A DNA stretch of 64,000 nucleotides from Escherichia coli (GCF_016026235.1 NZ_CP065613.1), one strand, 5' to 3'. Positions 30,053 through 41,180 are shown, counted from the first letter of the stretch. Made by a program: numbers and translations. The notes: a model not told the origin generated them from the letters alone.

Positions 30053-33000
30053 TTAATACAATGTATCCGGTAAACGGAACTGGCTGAACAGACCGCCGGT
30101 GAACGGGTTATCTTCGGTATCCACATGCACCCGGTAAACCATCGCGCCGCCGTCCACGTTAAAGCGCACGTTAAAGGTGTCACTGGTTACGTTGGTCAAC
30201 TGGCCCGCGCCGAACAGGCGGAACTGCGCCCACGGTCCACTGAACGCGATACTGCGCGGTGCTCCGCCGCTGGTGCCAATCAGCGTCAGCTTGCTTTCAT
30301 TGCCTTCACGCATGTTGTTCGGCCAGACCAGATGGGCGGTATAGTTGCGTCCCTGGCTGTAGTCCACTAACTGGCCGTCCAGGTTAAGTACGCTGCGCCG
30401 CTTATTGCCGGAAAGCGATACGGTTTCCACGGCAAACTGTGCGCCCAGTCCGTTCTGCTGGCTAAAGAAGATGTCGCGGATTTTCTGTGCGGTATCCAGT
30501 TGTTGCCGGATATCTTCACGGATCAGCACTCTGCCGTCGTCGCCAAAGGTCAGATCGTTTTCCAGGAACAGTCGCAGGTTGTCCCTGTAGAACGAGTCCA
30601 GAATGCCATCCGGTTTAAAGAAGCGCTCAAACGCATCCAGTGAGGCATCCTGTGGGGCGCGTGGATTAAACGGATAGTTACCGGCAAGCTGTTCGTTGAA
30701 GGGTTTCACCACATTGTCGCGCCAGTCCACTTCCATGTAATGAACGGCTTCCACCATCACTACATGCCAGGCCTGATCCGCCAGCTTGCCCACCCAGCGG
30801 TTAAGAGGCGCAGGCAGGGTTTTTGCCATCTGACGGGTGGCGAAGATTGGATCGCTGCTGTTTTGATCCAGCCGTAGCTGTACTGCTTTCAGCGCCGATT
30901 TCCCAGACACTGGCGAGTTCTGAATCGCCAGCAGGTAACGGTGCAGCTCGGTCAGTTGCTGGTACACGGCCTGTAGCGTACTCGCCTTGTCCTTTTGCTC
31001 CTCCAGTGCGCTATTTTCCGGCGCGAGCTCATGTCCCAGCCGGGATAACAGGCGGTAATCCATCTCATTTATCGCCGCTTCCCTCGCCTTATCATCCAGT
31101 TTGCCGGAGAGCGTCAGCGCGTGTGTATTATCGCGCAGCGCCGTCAGCGCACGCTGGAATGGCTGATCGCCGCTGATAATCTGCTCCAGCGCGTCGGTCA
31201 GCACCGGCATGGCCTCATAGTCACGGACGTTGAGATTATCCATTCCGGCACGCCATGTAGCGGTATAGTCACTGAGGTACTGTTCAGTGATATGGCGCTG
31301 GATCTCTTCACGGTCGGCCTCGCTGTAGGCGACGCTTTGCGTCAGGTTCAGCACCCACGAATCCAGCGCGGTCAACTCAACGAGACCGTCGTGTTGTTTG
31401 ATAAAATAGCTTTGCAGGCCATAGCGGGTGAGAAACTGCGGGATCACCAGTTTTTCATCATTACCGGCGACGAACACGTTGTCGAAGGTGGGACCAACCT
31501 GGTCGCGCAAATTCAAATCGGCGGGCAACACGCTTAATGCTTTGGTGCGCAGGGTCTGGTAGACACGCTGGTATATCGGCAGTTTGCTCAGTTCATGTTG
31601 CGCATTAATGACCGCTTTATCATAGGGTGTCCAGCGGCTGATGGCGTCGCTGTCGCCGCTCTGGCGCTGCGCGTGCCAGTCGGTGTGTTCCAGCGCATAG
31701 TCCAGATGTGCCATCAGTTGCGCCTGAATATCACGCTGGCCGTGAAATTCATTGCTCCAGCGCCGCGCCATGTACTGTTTTACCGCCTCGTTGTTGCGCC
31801 CACTTTTGTCTTCCATCATGCGCACTACGCGCAGCACGGCGAGTTTTTCTTCACTCTCAGGCGGGGCATTGTTCAGATCCCGGATCAGGCCGTTCATTAA
31901 CGAGGGGAGATAACGCTGCTCAAGAAGCTGAATGTAGGTTTGTTCCACATATGACCCTACGCGGACGCCCTGGTACAATCCCATATCCGCCAGAAAACCG
32001 TGATCGCGGTAATCGCCGTAGGCGAGGGTGGCATCGCGTACCGGGTTGAGTAACGGCAGTTGCAGATTGCCGAATTCATCCTTTCCCTGCGGTGGTGGTA
32101 CGTCCATAAAGGCTTTAGCCTGTGCCAGTACGTTAACGCCGGACTGCCAGTTCTGGTTGTAATAATGGTGCCAGCTTCCGACCAGCAATGCCGCCAGTGC
32201 CGCGCCACAGGCGGAAAAGGCGGTCAGCCTGCGCCGGGAGCTGTTCAGCCAGACGCTGTTTTCACCTGCAAGGTTTGGCTCGGCCAGCAGGACTTCCGGG
32301 AAGAGGCGGCGGGTGAAATACGGCGTTGTTTCCACCAGGGGCCAGGTCGCCAGCGAGCTGTTGCCCAGCCCGTACTGGCGGGCGGCGGACTGCGTGAAAA
32401 TATCATCCACCTGGCCGCGCTGTAGCGAGGATGTGAGCCAGACGCCGCGCAGCATCACATCCATATTCTCGCCGTCCAGCAATGCGGCGAGCAGTGAAGT
32501 GACGATTTCTCCCGTTCCCTGCATCTGACGGGAGAAACTGAACACGGCGCTGCGTAGCGCAGCACCGGTCTGCACGAGCATCAGGTCTGACAGCGCCAGG
32601 TTCATCTGTTGCCCCCACGTCTGCCAGAACGCACTCAGCTCACTGCGCCAGTCATCGTTTTCATGGGCGCGGCGGGTAAATGTGACGCCGAGGATCGCAT
32701 CGCGGCCTTTTTTATCCAGCGAATGGAAAAGTGCGGCAAAGCCAGTCAGCAGATCCAGCCGGGTCAGCACCACATAAACGGGCAACCGGCAGTGCAGGCA
32801 CTGGCGGATCTCCTGGAGTTGCTGACGCAGATTTTGTACCAGTGCTTCGCGGCGGGGTTTATCCGCCGTCAGCAGATCGGGAAGATCGAGCGTCAGGATC
32901 AGACCGTTGAGCGGCTGGCGTGCGCGTGTTTGCATTAGCCAGCCCAGCCAGTGTTCGCGCAGGCGGCGGTGGAGCAGATCATCCCCGCCGGGGGAGGTCA

Positions 33001-33580
33001 GTACACCGTCAACATCGAAAATCACCGCCTGGTTGCCCACTCGTGGTGTGATCAGCGGATGGTATTCCACACCCCGGATGCTTTCCGGCGTGTAAATAAT
33101 GTCAGATGGAAAGCTCTCACGCAACAGCGTGCTTTTACCGCTACCGGCAGGTCCAATGACCATATACCACGGCAGTTGCCACAGATAGCGGTGGTTATCC
33201 AGATGGCGGCGCAGGCGCAGCAGCCAGTGATCCAGATATTGCTGCTGGCGGTGGAGTTGCACGGTCAGCGGATCTTTTTCTTCCTCCCGCTGCTGTTTCT
33301 GCTGTTTTTCCAGCTTTTGCAGACGCTTCATTACCCGCCAGGTGAGCCAGATCAGAGCGGTAAGTCCCCAGACGGCAGTCGCAAGCCAGCGGTTTGCCAG
33401 GGGAGCCAGCCAGTGCTGCTCATAGAGCGTCCATTTCGGACCCTGCCACCAGATCCATACCAGCAGAAAAAACCATGCCAGCATCAGTAGCCAGGTGGCG
33501 GAAACTTTAAACCGCGGCATCGCTGGCCTGAGCGCAGATTTCAACGTGCTGAACAGTCGGGATGTGGGAAATTTGAACAC
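30053..33580 (-). CDS. tssM: T6SS membrane-complex protein TssM (IcmF/VasK)
   Basis: 1175 aa; N-terminal TM helices followed by Walker A GPAGSGKST; size and position. Confidence 0.9.
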   Translation of the reverse strand: MFKFPTSRLFSTLKSALRPAMPRFKVSATWLLMLAWFFLLVWIWWQGPKWTLYEQHWLAPLANRWLATAVWGLTALIWLTWRVMKRLQKLEKQQKQQREEEKDPLTVQLHRQQQYLDHWLLRLRRHLDNHRYLWQLPWYMVIGPAGSGKSTLLRESFPSDIIYTPESIRGVEYHPLITPRVGNQAVIFDVDGVLTSPGGDDLLHRRLREHWLGWLMQTRARQPLNGLILTLDLPDLLTADKPRREALVQNLRQQLQEIRQCLHCRLPVYVVLTRLDLLTGFAALFHSLDKKGRDAILGVTFTRRAHENDDWRSELSAFWQTWGQQMNLALSDLMLVQTGAALRSAVFSFSRQMQGTGEIVTSLLAALLDGENMDVMLRGVWLTSSLQRGQVDDIFTQSAARQYGLGNSSLATWPLVETTPYFTRRLFPEVLLAEPNLAGENSVWLNSSRRRLTAFSACGAALAALLVGSWHHYYNQNWQSGVNVLAQAKAFMDVPPPQGKDEFGNLQLPLLNPVRDATLAYGDYRDHGFLADMGLYQGVRVGSYVEQTYIQLLEQRYLPSLMNGLIRDLNNAPPESEEKLAVLRVVRMMEDKSGRNNEAVKQYMARRWSNEFHGQRDIQAQLMAHLDYALEHTDWHAQRQSGDSDAISRWTPYDKAVINAQHELSKLPIYQRVYQTLRTKALSVLPADLNLRDQVGPTFDNVFVAGNDEKLVIPQFLTRYGLQSYFIKQHDGLVELTALDSWVLNLTQSVAYSEADREEIQRHITEQYLSDYTATWRAGMDNLNVRDYEAMPVLTDALEQIISGDQPFQRALTALRDNTHALTLSGKLDDKAREAAINEMDYRLLSRLGHELAPENSALEEQKDKASTLQAVYQQLTELHRYLLAIQNSPVSGKSALKAVQLRLDQNSSDPIFATRQMAKTLPAPLNRWVGKLADQAWHVVMVEAVHYMEVDWRDNVVKPFNEQLAGNYPFNPRAPQDASLDAFERFFKPDGILDSFYRDNLRLFLENDLTFGDDGRVLIREDIRQQLDTAQKIRDIFFSQQNGLGAQFAVETVSLSGNKRRSVLNLDGQLVDYSQGRNYTAHLVWPNNMREGNESKLTLIGTSGGAPRSIAFSGPWAQFRLFGAGQLTNVTSDTFNVRFNVDGGAMVYRVHVDTEDNPFTGGLFSQFRLPDTLY

Positions 33581-33599
33581 AGTAACTCCTTGTTATCTT

Positions 33600-35042
33600 T
33601 TACTGTTCTGCCGTGAGTTTTTGTTCCAGTGCTTTCAGCAGGGAAGGCTCCCATTCGGGTAGCATCATGTGTAAGCCTGTTTTGAAGAGCATCCGGTACT
33701 GCTGTTGTGCAAGCTGAACCATACCGGCTTCTTCCAGTAACTGCGCGCCGAAAAATTGGCGATGAAACTGGTTACGGGGATCACCTTCGGGCAGGTTTTC
33801 CAGATACCGCAGCGCGGTTTCCAGCCCGTTCTCATCGAAGCACGCCCTGGCCGCCTGTAATTCTTCATCGGTCTGTACAGCTGCTGCGGTTTGGTTGCCT
33901 GAGCCCGATGGTGCCAGCCACTGTTTCGTCTGTTCGGACACAAACGGAGTGCGGTCGTTAAACAACAGGTTGATCAGTGCGGGCAGGCGGGCCAGAAACC
34001 CGGTAACTTCATCACGAATAGCATCCGCCACCTGTTTATAACCGAGGCGCAACGCGGTCTGTGCTGAGAGGTAATGGCCGTCCAGCCAGTACGGGGCCAG
34101 CAGCAGGCTTTTTTCCACCTGCTGCCATAGCGCCATGTCGGCATTGTTCAGCCGCGCCAGGTAATCATCCATCATATCGACAGGGAAGGCTGCCAGTGGG
34201 GTCCGTCCATCGCTTTCTGCCTGCGGAGTACTGGTGATGGTCTGCCACAGCGCATGGCGGCGCAGTCGGTAACCCTGCGGTGACTCCGGCTGGCGCTCAC
34301 AGAGAATGGCTGCCACCTTCAGCAGGGTGTCGCGCCATGCTTTATCGTCGTGGCTGTCAACAGTGACTTGCGGGATTGGAGTGGCTGCAGCAGGAGGCTG
34401 AGCGGCAACCGTGTGCGGTGACATATCCGGTACAGATCCGGTCGTGGCCTGCGGCGCACTGGCGGCGGTTCGTGCCGATGATGGCATTTCAGGCGCGACA
34501 TCACGAAACGCGCGCTGAAACAGGGCAAATAAATCGTCTGTCGCCTTAGCCAGCTCAGGCGCGTTGTGCGCCTGCCAGCACTGTGCCAGTTTTGCCAGCT
34601 CTCCCAGCAAAGCATCGCGCTGTGTTGTCGCAGCATTCCCGGCAAAGTCCTGAACGGCAGACTCAAAGCGTTTTATCACCTGGGCGGCAAAGCGTTTTTT
34701 GTGGGCCATGTTCTGCGGTGCGGCGCATGTCCAGTAGTGCTCTGTATATTGTGCCAGCATCCTGGAGGCCAGCAGAATATCACCGGCATGTTGCAGGGTA
34801 CGCAGCAGGTGGGCCAGCAGGCGAAAATCTTTGGTTTCTGAGGCCAGAAGCATCAGGCCCCGGCGCTGAAGTTCGGGGATATCAAGCTGGCTGTGCGCCA
34901 GTGAGCCTAGCTTGACGATTTCGCTGTCGATAAACTCCCAGTCTGCATTACCATCATCAAGCGCGGCGGACAGCTTATCTTCCGGCAGGTTTTCCAGCAG
35001 GTGTGCAAGCCATACATCAGGATTACGTAAGTCCATTGCCAT
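33600..35042 (-). CDS. tssA: T6SS TssA (ImpA/VasJ)
   Basis: About 480 aa from MAMDLRNPDVW; ImpA_N-like N-terminus; position between vasI-like gene and tssM. Confidence 0.75.
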   Translation of the reverse strand: MAMDLRNPDVWLAHLLENLPEDKLSAALDDGNADWEFIDSEIVKLGSLAHSQLDIPELQRRGLMLLASETKDFRLLAHLLRTLQHAGDILLASRMLAQYTEHYWTCAAPQNMAHKKRFAAQVIKRFESAVQDFAGNAATTQRDALLGELAKLAQCWQAHNAPELAKATDDLFALFQRAFRDVAPEMPSSARTAASAPQATTGSVPDMSPHTVAAQPPAAATPIPQVTVDSHDDKAWRDTLLKVAAILCERQPESPQGYRLRRHALWQTITSTPQAESDGRTPLAAFPVDMMDDYLARLNNADMALWQQVEKSLLLAPYWLDGHYLSAQTALRLGYKQVADAIRDEVTGFLARLPALINLLFNDRTPFVSEQTKQWLAPSGSGNQTAAAVQTDEELQAARACFDENGLETALRYLENLPEGDPRNQFHRQFFGAQLLEEAGMVQLAQQQYRMLFKTGLHMMLPEWEPSLLKALEQKLTAEQ

Positions 35043-35046
35043 ATTC

Positions 35047-35790
35047 TTATTCTCCCGCCCAGTGGCAGGCGTCGCGTAGCGGCGCAATAACCCGTGCCAG
35101 CCCGTCAATGTTAAAGGTCAGCTTTCCGGCGGCGTTGTCTGCGCCGGTATCCACCGTCAGCGTTTTTGCGCCGAACAGTTGCTTAATTTCATCAATCCCG
35201 GATAACCCCCTGCTGGACTCCAGCAGGGTGCCGTTCTCGCGCACAAACCAGTGGCTGCGCAGTGCCCGTGTGTCGGCATTCAGGGTGACGGCGATATCGT
35301 GGACATCCAGAGGGTGCATCAGCGCCACCTGCATCCGGGTAATATTGTCCACGCAACTGAACATCAGCACCGGGCGTGGCGGAACATGGCCGATAGCCGG
35401 GGTGGTTATCACCACCGTCGGGCGTTCCCCCGGCACCTGCGTCACCAGCAGCTCCGTGGTGTTGCCCTGGCGGCGTTTTTCCTGCTCTGTGGCGCGGGTC
35501 CAGGCTTCGCCCACAAAGCTGGCTTTGACCAGTGCGGCGTTGCCGAAGCCGGGCTGTTCCGGCGCAAGAATGCGGTCATAACAGTCAAGCCGCTCCAGCG
35601 CCGCAGACTCCCGCCGACAGGACTGCATGGCCTGTAACGTAGCTGTCGCATCCGGCGGGGTCGTGGTGGCGACGGCGACCGCCACACCGGCCATTGACGA
35701 TGTTTCTGCGGGCGCGGCACTGGCCGGTAAGCCCGCCATCAGGCCCGCGATAAACCATCCTGTCTGCCGGAAAACGCGCAACCTGCTCAT
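35047..35790 (-). CDS. T6SS-associated VasI-like secreted protein
   Basis: 247 aa with N-terminal signal peptide (FIAGLMAGLPASAAPA); between clpV and tssA as vasI is in the V. cholerae cluster. Confidence 0.5.
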   Translation of the reverse strand: MSRLRVFRQTGWFIAGLMAGLPASAAPAETSSMAGVAVAVATTTPPDATATLQAMQSCRRESAALERLDCYDRILAPEQPGFGNAALVKASFVGEAWTRATEQEKRRQGNTTELLVTQVPGERPTVVITTPAIGHVPPRPVLMFSCVDNITRMQVALMHPLDVHDIAVTLNADTRALRSHWFVRENGTLLESSRGLSGIDEIKQLFGAKTLTVDTGADNAAGKLTFNIDGLARVIAPLRDACHWAGE

Positions 35791-38519
35791 AAAACCATTT
35801 CATCCTCTGTGACGGACTCGTCGTCCTGAGCATCTTCCACGTCTGCCGTGAATGCACCGTCTGCCGCCGACAGGCGGATGCGGGCAATCGCCGTGTTAGC
35901 CGCCATTTTCTGCAACAGCAGCAGCGAGAGCGGCGGCAGCATGTCGCCGTCGATGACCGATTCGAGCATCCTCGCGCCGTTTTCCGCGCGGGTGACGCGG
36001 CTCATGATTTCGTCCGTCACTTCCGGCTCAATAACCACCTCCGCGCCAAAGCGGCTGCGCAGCACGTTATCCAGGCGGGCCAGTTTCCCGGCGATGATGG
36101 TGGCGAGCGTCTCTTTCGACAGCGGCAGGTAAGGCACCACCTCCATTCGCGCAAGCAGGGCAGGTTTAAAGAAGTCAGCCAGCACCGGATAGAGGGCTTC
36201 CTGCATGGTCTCCGGGTCATCCGCGTGTTCGACAATCATCTGGTAACCGAGGTTGGAGGTGAGGAAGAAGACGATATTCTTACAGTCAATCAGGCGGCCT
36301 TCGCCGTCTGCCATCTCGCCCTTGTCGAACGCCTGGTAGAACAGGTTGAGCACATCCGGGTGCGCTTTTTCCACTTCATCGAGCAGTACCACCGAGTAGG
36401 GTTTCTGGCGGATGGCTTCAGTCAGTACGCCGCCTTCGCCATAGCCGACATAGCCCGGAGGGGAGCCAATCAGCCGCGAGACGGTGTGCTTCTCCTGGAA
36501 CTCGGACATATTGATGGTGGTGAGGTACTGGCGACCGCCGTAGAGCAGCTCTGCCAGTTGCAGGACGGTTTCGGTTTTACCCACGCCGCTGGGGCCAGCC
36601 AGCAGGAACGCGCCGAGCGGGCGTCCCGGACGGCGCAGGTCGGCGCGTGCGGTCAGCAGGTGTTTATGCAGGCTGGCAATTGCCAGGTCCTGGCCTTTGA
36701 TGGTGTCACCAAGCCACTTCGGCAGGTCGGTGATGACCGACATTTCATTCTGCGACAGGCGGTTAAGCGGTACGCCGGTCCATTCGGCAATCACCGCCGC
36801 AATCTGTTTTTTATCGACGTGCGGGGAAACCAGCAACCGGTCGTTATGCAGGGCGTCCAGTTCGGCAGTGAGTTGTACTAGCTGCTGCACCGGGGAAACT
36901 GTTTCAGCGGTCTCTTCCGGCTGTGTACTGCCCGCATCATCAGCCGGTGCGGTACCGGTATTATCCTGTTCTGACTCTGGCGGCGTATCCACTACGGCAT
37001 CTGTGTCCTCTGTCACACCCAGCAATAGCTGGCGCAGCGCGATAATTTCCCGTACCAGCGTCTGCTGCTGGTGCCAGGCCGCTTCCAGTTCATCCAGCGC
37101 CGTCAGCGTTTCATCGTACTGCACCAGCACCTCAGTCATCCGTGAAGTGTCGGTACGCAGCCCGATGCGAAGCTCGCGCTCAAGCTGGCGAATTTCCGCC
37201 TCCTGCTGGTGGCTCAGGGTGGTCAGCGCCGAGATTTGCTTCGGTGGCGATGACAGGTTGATTGCCACACGTGCGCAGGCCGTATCCAGCACATCAATGG
37301 CTTTGTCTGGCAACTGACGCCCGGAGAGATAACGCTCACTTAATGTCGCAGCGGCCTGCAAGGCGTCATCATCAATCAGCACACCGTGAGACTGTTCATA
37401 GACCGAAGAGAGGCCGCGCAGAATAATGGTGGCTTCGGCAGCACTGGGTTCACTGACCTTCACCAACTGGAAGCGACGCGACAGGGCGGCGTCTTTCTCG
37501 AAGTATTTTTTGTACTCGCTCCAGGTGGTGGCGGCGATGGTTTTCAGCTCGCCACGCGCCAGTGCCGGTTTGAGCAGGTTGGAGATATCCAGCCCGCCCT
37601 GCTGGTTGCCCGCGCCAATCAGGGTATGCGCTTCGTCGATAAACAGAATGACCGGCACCGGAGAGGAAATGACCTCCGCCATCAGCCCCTTGAAACGTTT
37701 TTCAAACTCACCTTTCACCGATGCTCCGGCCTGCAATGCGCCCAGGTCAAGAGTCATGATATCGGTGTTTTTCAGCTTATCCGGCACCTGCCCTGCCACG
37801 ATGCGCAGCGCCAGCCCTTCAATCAGCGCGCTTTTGCCCACGCCGGCTTCGCCCACCACCACCGGATTGTTTTTACGGCGGCGGCAGAGAATGTCGATCA
37901 TCAGGTCGATTTCGTGGTCGCGGCACAGTACCGGGTCAAGTTTTCCGTTACGGGCGTCTGCGGTCATGTTTTTGGCGTAGCGGGCCAGCAGGGTGTCGCT
38001 GGTTTCCGTTGCGCGGGGCGTTTGCCCGCCAGCCAGATCCACGGATTCGGCGGATTCTTTTGTCCATGCGGCGAAATCCTGCTGTAACTGGTCGCGGTTT
38101 ATGGCCGTCAGCAGACGGGCAGCAGCGGGTGGAATATAGCGCAGCGGTGAATGCAACAGAGTAAGCAGCAGGACGCCGCTGCGCAGTTCGCTGTGCTGCA
38201 TCTGGGCCGAGGCCAGCAGCCATGACTCCTTGAGCCATTCGACCAGCATCGGGGAGAAGCTGGGATAGCCATCGGCGGAACGTCCGCCGGGATAACTCTC
38301 CACGGTCAGCGCCTGGCGTAAATCCTCCGCACTGATGCCTGTGCGTTCGGCAATCACCCTTACGTCGTTGCGCGGGATTGCCAGCATCTGTAACAGCACA
38401 TGGGCAACGGTGATCTCACTGGCCTGCTGGCTCATACACTCCGAGGCAGCCATTTCCAGCGCCTGTTTTGCAAAGGGGTTAAGCCGCTTTACCAGCGTGG
38501 CTAAATCAATCTGGATCAT
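35787..38519 (-). CDS. clpV: T6SS AAA+ ATPase ClpV (TssH)
   Basis: 910 aa, two AAA+ modules with Walker A GEAGVGKS and GPSGVGKT. Confidence 0.9.
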   Translation of the reverse strand: MIQIDLATLVKRLNPFAKQALEMAASECMSQQASEITVAHVLLQMLAIPRNDVRVIAERTGISAEDLRQALTVESYPGGRSADGYPSFSPMLVEWLKESWLLASAQMQHSELRSGVLLLTLLHSPLRYIPPAAARLLTAINRDQLQQDFAAWTKESAESVDLAGGQTPRATETSDTLLARYAKNMTADARNGKLDPVLCRDHEIDLMIDILCRRRKNNPVVVGEAGVGKSALIEGLALRIVAGQVPDKLKNTDIMTLDLGALQAGASVKGEFEKRFKGLMAEVISSPVPVILFIDEAHTLIGAGNQQGGLDISNLLKPALARGELKTIAATTWSEYKKYFEKDAALSRRFQLVKVSEPSAAEATIILRGLSSVYEQSHGVLIDDDALQAAATLSERYLSGRQLPDKAIDVLDTACARVAINLSSPPKQISALTTLSHQQEAEIRQLERELRIGLRTDTSRMTEVLVQYDETLTALDELEAAWHQQQTLVREIIALRQLLLGVTEDTDAVVDTPPESEQDNTGTAPADDAGSTQPEETAETVSPVQQLVQLTAELDALHNDRLLVSPHVDKKQIAAVIAEWTGVPLNRLSQNEMSVITDLPKWLGDTIKGQDLAIASLHKHLLTARADLRRPGRPLGAFLLAGPSGVGKTETVLQLAELLYGGRQYLTTINMSEFQEKHTVSRLIGSPPGYVGYGEGGVLTEAIRQKPYSVVLLDEVEKAHPDVLNLFYQAFDKGEMADGEGRLIDCKNIVFFLTSNLGYQMIVEHADDPETMQEALYPVLADFFKPALLARMEVVPYLPLSKETLATIIAGKLARLDNVLRSRFGAEVVIEPEVTDEIMSRVTRAENGARMLESVIDGDMLPPLSLLLLQKMAANTAIARIRLSAADGAFTADVEDAQDDESVTEDEMVL

Positions 38520-38528
38520 AAGATGTCC

Positions 38529-39302
38529 TTATCGGAGTAATTTATTGAGCTGATGCAGAATATCCTGTGTCTGGCTGTCCAGACGCAGCAGATAAAACAG
38601 ATAAAATACGGCCAGCACAACAAGACCTCCGCACATTACATGCCTGATGGTCAGCCGCCGGATTAACTGATAACGCCCACCCTGTATGTTGTTCTTCTGG
38701 TGAAGCAGCGGAAATGGCGCATCGCCGCGCAGTTTGTGCAGGGCATGGTGCAGGCGCTGGTAGATCCGCTCAAATTCATCCTGTTGCTGAATGGCAACCT
38801 TGTAGCGCCCGCGAAAGCCGAGCGAAAAACAAAGGTATAAAAATTCCAGCAGATCCTGGTAACGTATCGGCTCCCGGATAAGGCGTTCGAGCAGGATAAA
38901 CACTTTCTCGCCGCCCCAGGCTTCGTTATGAAAATGAACCAGCAGCGACTGTTTGATCCATTCGTTTTTGTTGGACCAGCCGTTGCCCAGCGCCGCTTCG
39001 TCAATAAACGTGCAGAGAATGTAGCGGAACGAAACAATGACGCCCGGTTCGTATCCCTGTTCCTGGAGTAGTTGTTCTACGGCCTGGACATCGGTTACCA
39101 CCTGGGCAAACAGATGTTCTGGCATGGCCTGGCTGTTCATGGTGGACAGACGCATCACCATGCCGAGCAACGGCGTGGCGGCGTCAATCATTGGGTTCAG
39201 GCTGTTGCCGCGAAGGGCGAGACGGTACTGACGTCCTGATGTTCCGCTCTCCGGCTCCATGGGAAAAACCGACGGTTCACCCATATCGCTGATATCGCTC
39301 AT
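38529..39302 (-). CDS. tssL: T6SS membrane-complex protein TssL (DotU)
   Basis: 257 aa with C-terminal TM helix (VMCGGLVVLAVFYLFYLL); position. Confidence 0.8.
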   Translation of the reverse strand: MSDISDMGEPSVFPMEPESGTSGRQYRLALRGNSLNPMIDAATPLLGMVMRLSTMNSQAMPEHLFAQVVTDVQAVEQLLQEQGYEPGVIVSFRYILCTFIDEAALGNGWSNKNEWIKQSLLVHFHNEAWGGEKVFILLERLIREPIRYQDLLEFLYLCFSLGFRGRYKVAIQQQDEFERIYQRLHHALHKLRGDAPFPLLHQKNNIQGGRYQLIRRLTIRHVMCGGLVVLAVFYLFYLLRLDSQTQDILHQLNKLLR

Positions 39303-39306
39303 TCAC

Positions 39307-40653
39307 TTATCCCCTTATCGCCCAGAGCTGAAGGTTCAGATCGGGGAAGGTGCCGGAGATATGCAGCGCCAGCGCGCCCGCTTTTATCACGTCCTGCCAG
39401 GCTGGGGTGCCTTTTTCCAGTTCGAAGTAAACATAACCTTCATGCCAGGGCAACTGACGCGGCGCAGCGGTAAGCGTGTGCAGCGGAATACCCGGCACCT
39501 GCACGCTGACCACGCTGCGGATTTTGTCGGTAGCGGCCACTTTCGACTGCTGGATGAACTGGCGTTGTACCTGGTCGTAGGGCATCCTGGCGCGCACTGC
39601 CAGTACCAGCTTGCAGGACTGCAACAGTGTGGGATCGTTGATGGTGGCGATCCAGGTCCCCTCTGAAAAGAACAGCGGCAGATTCTGCGCACGCGGCACC
39701 AGTACGGTATTGAGCGCGCGCCGCAGTTCCGGGATCACGGTTCTGGTGAAGGTCGCGGTAAGATCCCTGTGATTATATGGCTCCACGGTGCAGGGCAGGC
39801 GATTACCTTCGGTAAAGGTCATCAGTTCTCCCAGCAGCCCCACCAGATTCCGGTAGAAGGCTTCCGGATGCAGCGTGTGCAGTTGGGAACGATGCGTGAA
39901 CTGCATTTGATGGCGGTTAAGCATCTGCAACATCATAAATTCGGCTACATCGGCGATCCCGCTCTGTTCAGGCGAACCAATGCGCCCGGCCAGGTCAGCG
40001 GCGCGGGTGGCAAGTAGTCCCTGCACCTCGCCGGAGAATGCCCCGAGCAACCCGCTGACACGGACGGCCTGAATGGTGGGAATAAAGGTGTTGTCCAGCA
40101 CCAGCGCGCCGGTGGCATTTTTATTGAGGATACGGCACAGGGGGAGAGTCACCATCGCGCTGAGATCATCTGCGCCGCTGACTATCCTGGGGATCAACTG
40201 TCCCAGACCGACTGGCTGTTCGTCGCCTTCGTCAGTGTGAAAATCACGGACGCGGGTATGGGTGAGGCGGTAACGCTCCGTACCCTGACCGGCGCTGTGC
40301 AACCCCTGGATTTCATTGATCACGTCGCTTATCACCGGCAGCGCCAGATAAATACTGTGGCTCTCTTTCGATGAAAGGGTTCCCGGCTGGAAAGGTTCCG
40401 GCAGCAGATCCTGGTCGGGAATACTGAATACGGTGCCGTCAGGCATGCAGCCCGCCGCACGGTCAATCATAATTTTGCCCTGAGCAAGCAGTTCGGTATT
40501 GATGGAGAGTTCCGTAAAGCCCCAGAAAAAATCACCCAGTGCATCCAGACGACGGGTCAGCAGGTACTCGCAGTGACGCTGCTGTTGCTGAAAATGCTGC
40601 GGCAGGGCAAACAGCCCTTCCTGCCAGATCACCTTGTTTTTCATTGTTGCCAT
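39307..40653 (-). CDS. tssK: T6SS baseplate protein TssK
   Basis: 448 aa; size and conserved position between tssJ and tssL. Confidence 0.8.
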   Translation of the reverse strand: MATMKNKVIWQEGLFALPQHFQQQQRHCEYLLTRRLDALGDFFWGFTELSINTELLAQGKIMIDRAAGCMPDGTVFSIPDQDLLPEPFQPGTLSSKESHSIYLALPVISDVINEIQGLHSAGQGTERYRLTHTRVRDFHTDEGDEQPVGLGQLIPRIVSGADDLSAMVTLPLCRILNKNATGALVLDNTFIPTIQAVRVSGLLGAFSGEVQGLLATRAADLAGRIGSPEQSGIADVAEFMMLQMLNRHQMQFTHRSQLHTLHPEAFYRNLVGLLGELMTFTEGNRLPCTVEPYNHRDLTATFTRTVIPELRRALNTVLVPRAQNLPLFFSEGTWIATINDPTLLQSCKLVLAVRARMPYDQVQRQFIQQSKVAATDKIRSVVSVQVPGIPLHTLTAAPRQLPWHEGYVYFELEKGTPAWQDVIKAGALALHISGTFPDLNLQLWAIRG

Positions 40654-40655
40654 CG

Positions 40656-41180
40656 TCAGTTTTCCTCTTTTTTCATCTCAATCGCACTGGCGCGGATGTG
40701 CACCAGCAGGCGATAGTGGTGGCCGATACTTTCTACCGGCTCAATTTGTTTCCATTCTGTGGCCTGGTCGTCTGAAAAATAGGCAATGACACCGATATAA
40801 CTGGTTTTCTCATCCAGCTTGATCGGCGGCCGTGTTTTTACGGTGTCCGGCAACAGGTTGAAGTCCTGATGATCGATATAGTTTTTCCCCAGCACGTCGG
40901 GCAGCGCGGTGGTGGCAACCTGGTCGTAGTCGGCGGCCTGGAATTTGGAGTCGTCGCTCAGGTAAACCAGTTGGACATCCACCGGCGCAGCTTCGCCGTC
41001 CGCCGTCAGGTTGCTGTCCGGCTCGGTCAGCAGCGTGACGGTTAGCTCGGTTGACTGATCCATCAGCTTTCCGACCTGAATATCCGGATTGCGGATCACC
41101 TGGCTGATTTTTTTCGCTGTTTCACAGCCAGTTAATACGACGCTCATCAGAACGCAGGCCAGAAACGCTTTGCCGTTCAT
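40656..41180 (-). CDS. tssJ: T6SS outer-membrane lipoprotein TssJ
   Basis: 174 aa with lipoprotein signal (VVLTGC). Confidence 0.8.
   Translation of the reverse strand: MNGKAFLACVLMSVVLTGCETAKKISQVIRNPDIQVGKLMDQSTELTVTLLTEPDSNLTADGEAAPVDVQLVYLSDDSKFQAADYDQVATTALPDVLGKNYIDHQDFNLLPDTVKTRPPIKLDEKTSYIGVIAYFSDDQATEWKQIEPVESIGHHYRLLVHIRASAIEMKKEEN

Noticed and set aside
35003-37317. Long ORFs antisense to vasI-like gene and clpV (35003..35581, 36225..36881, 36697..37317, 37386..38087)
   Set aside because: They lie entirely within well-supported T6SS genes on the opposite strand in GC-rich DNA; typical shadow ORFs with low-complexity, Arg/Ser-rich translations.
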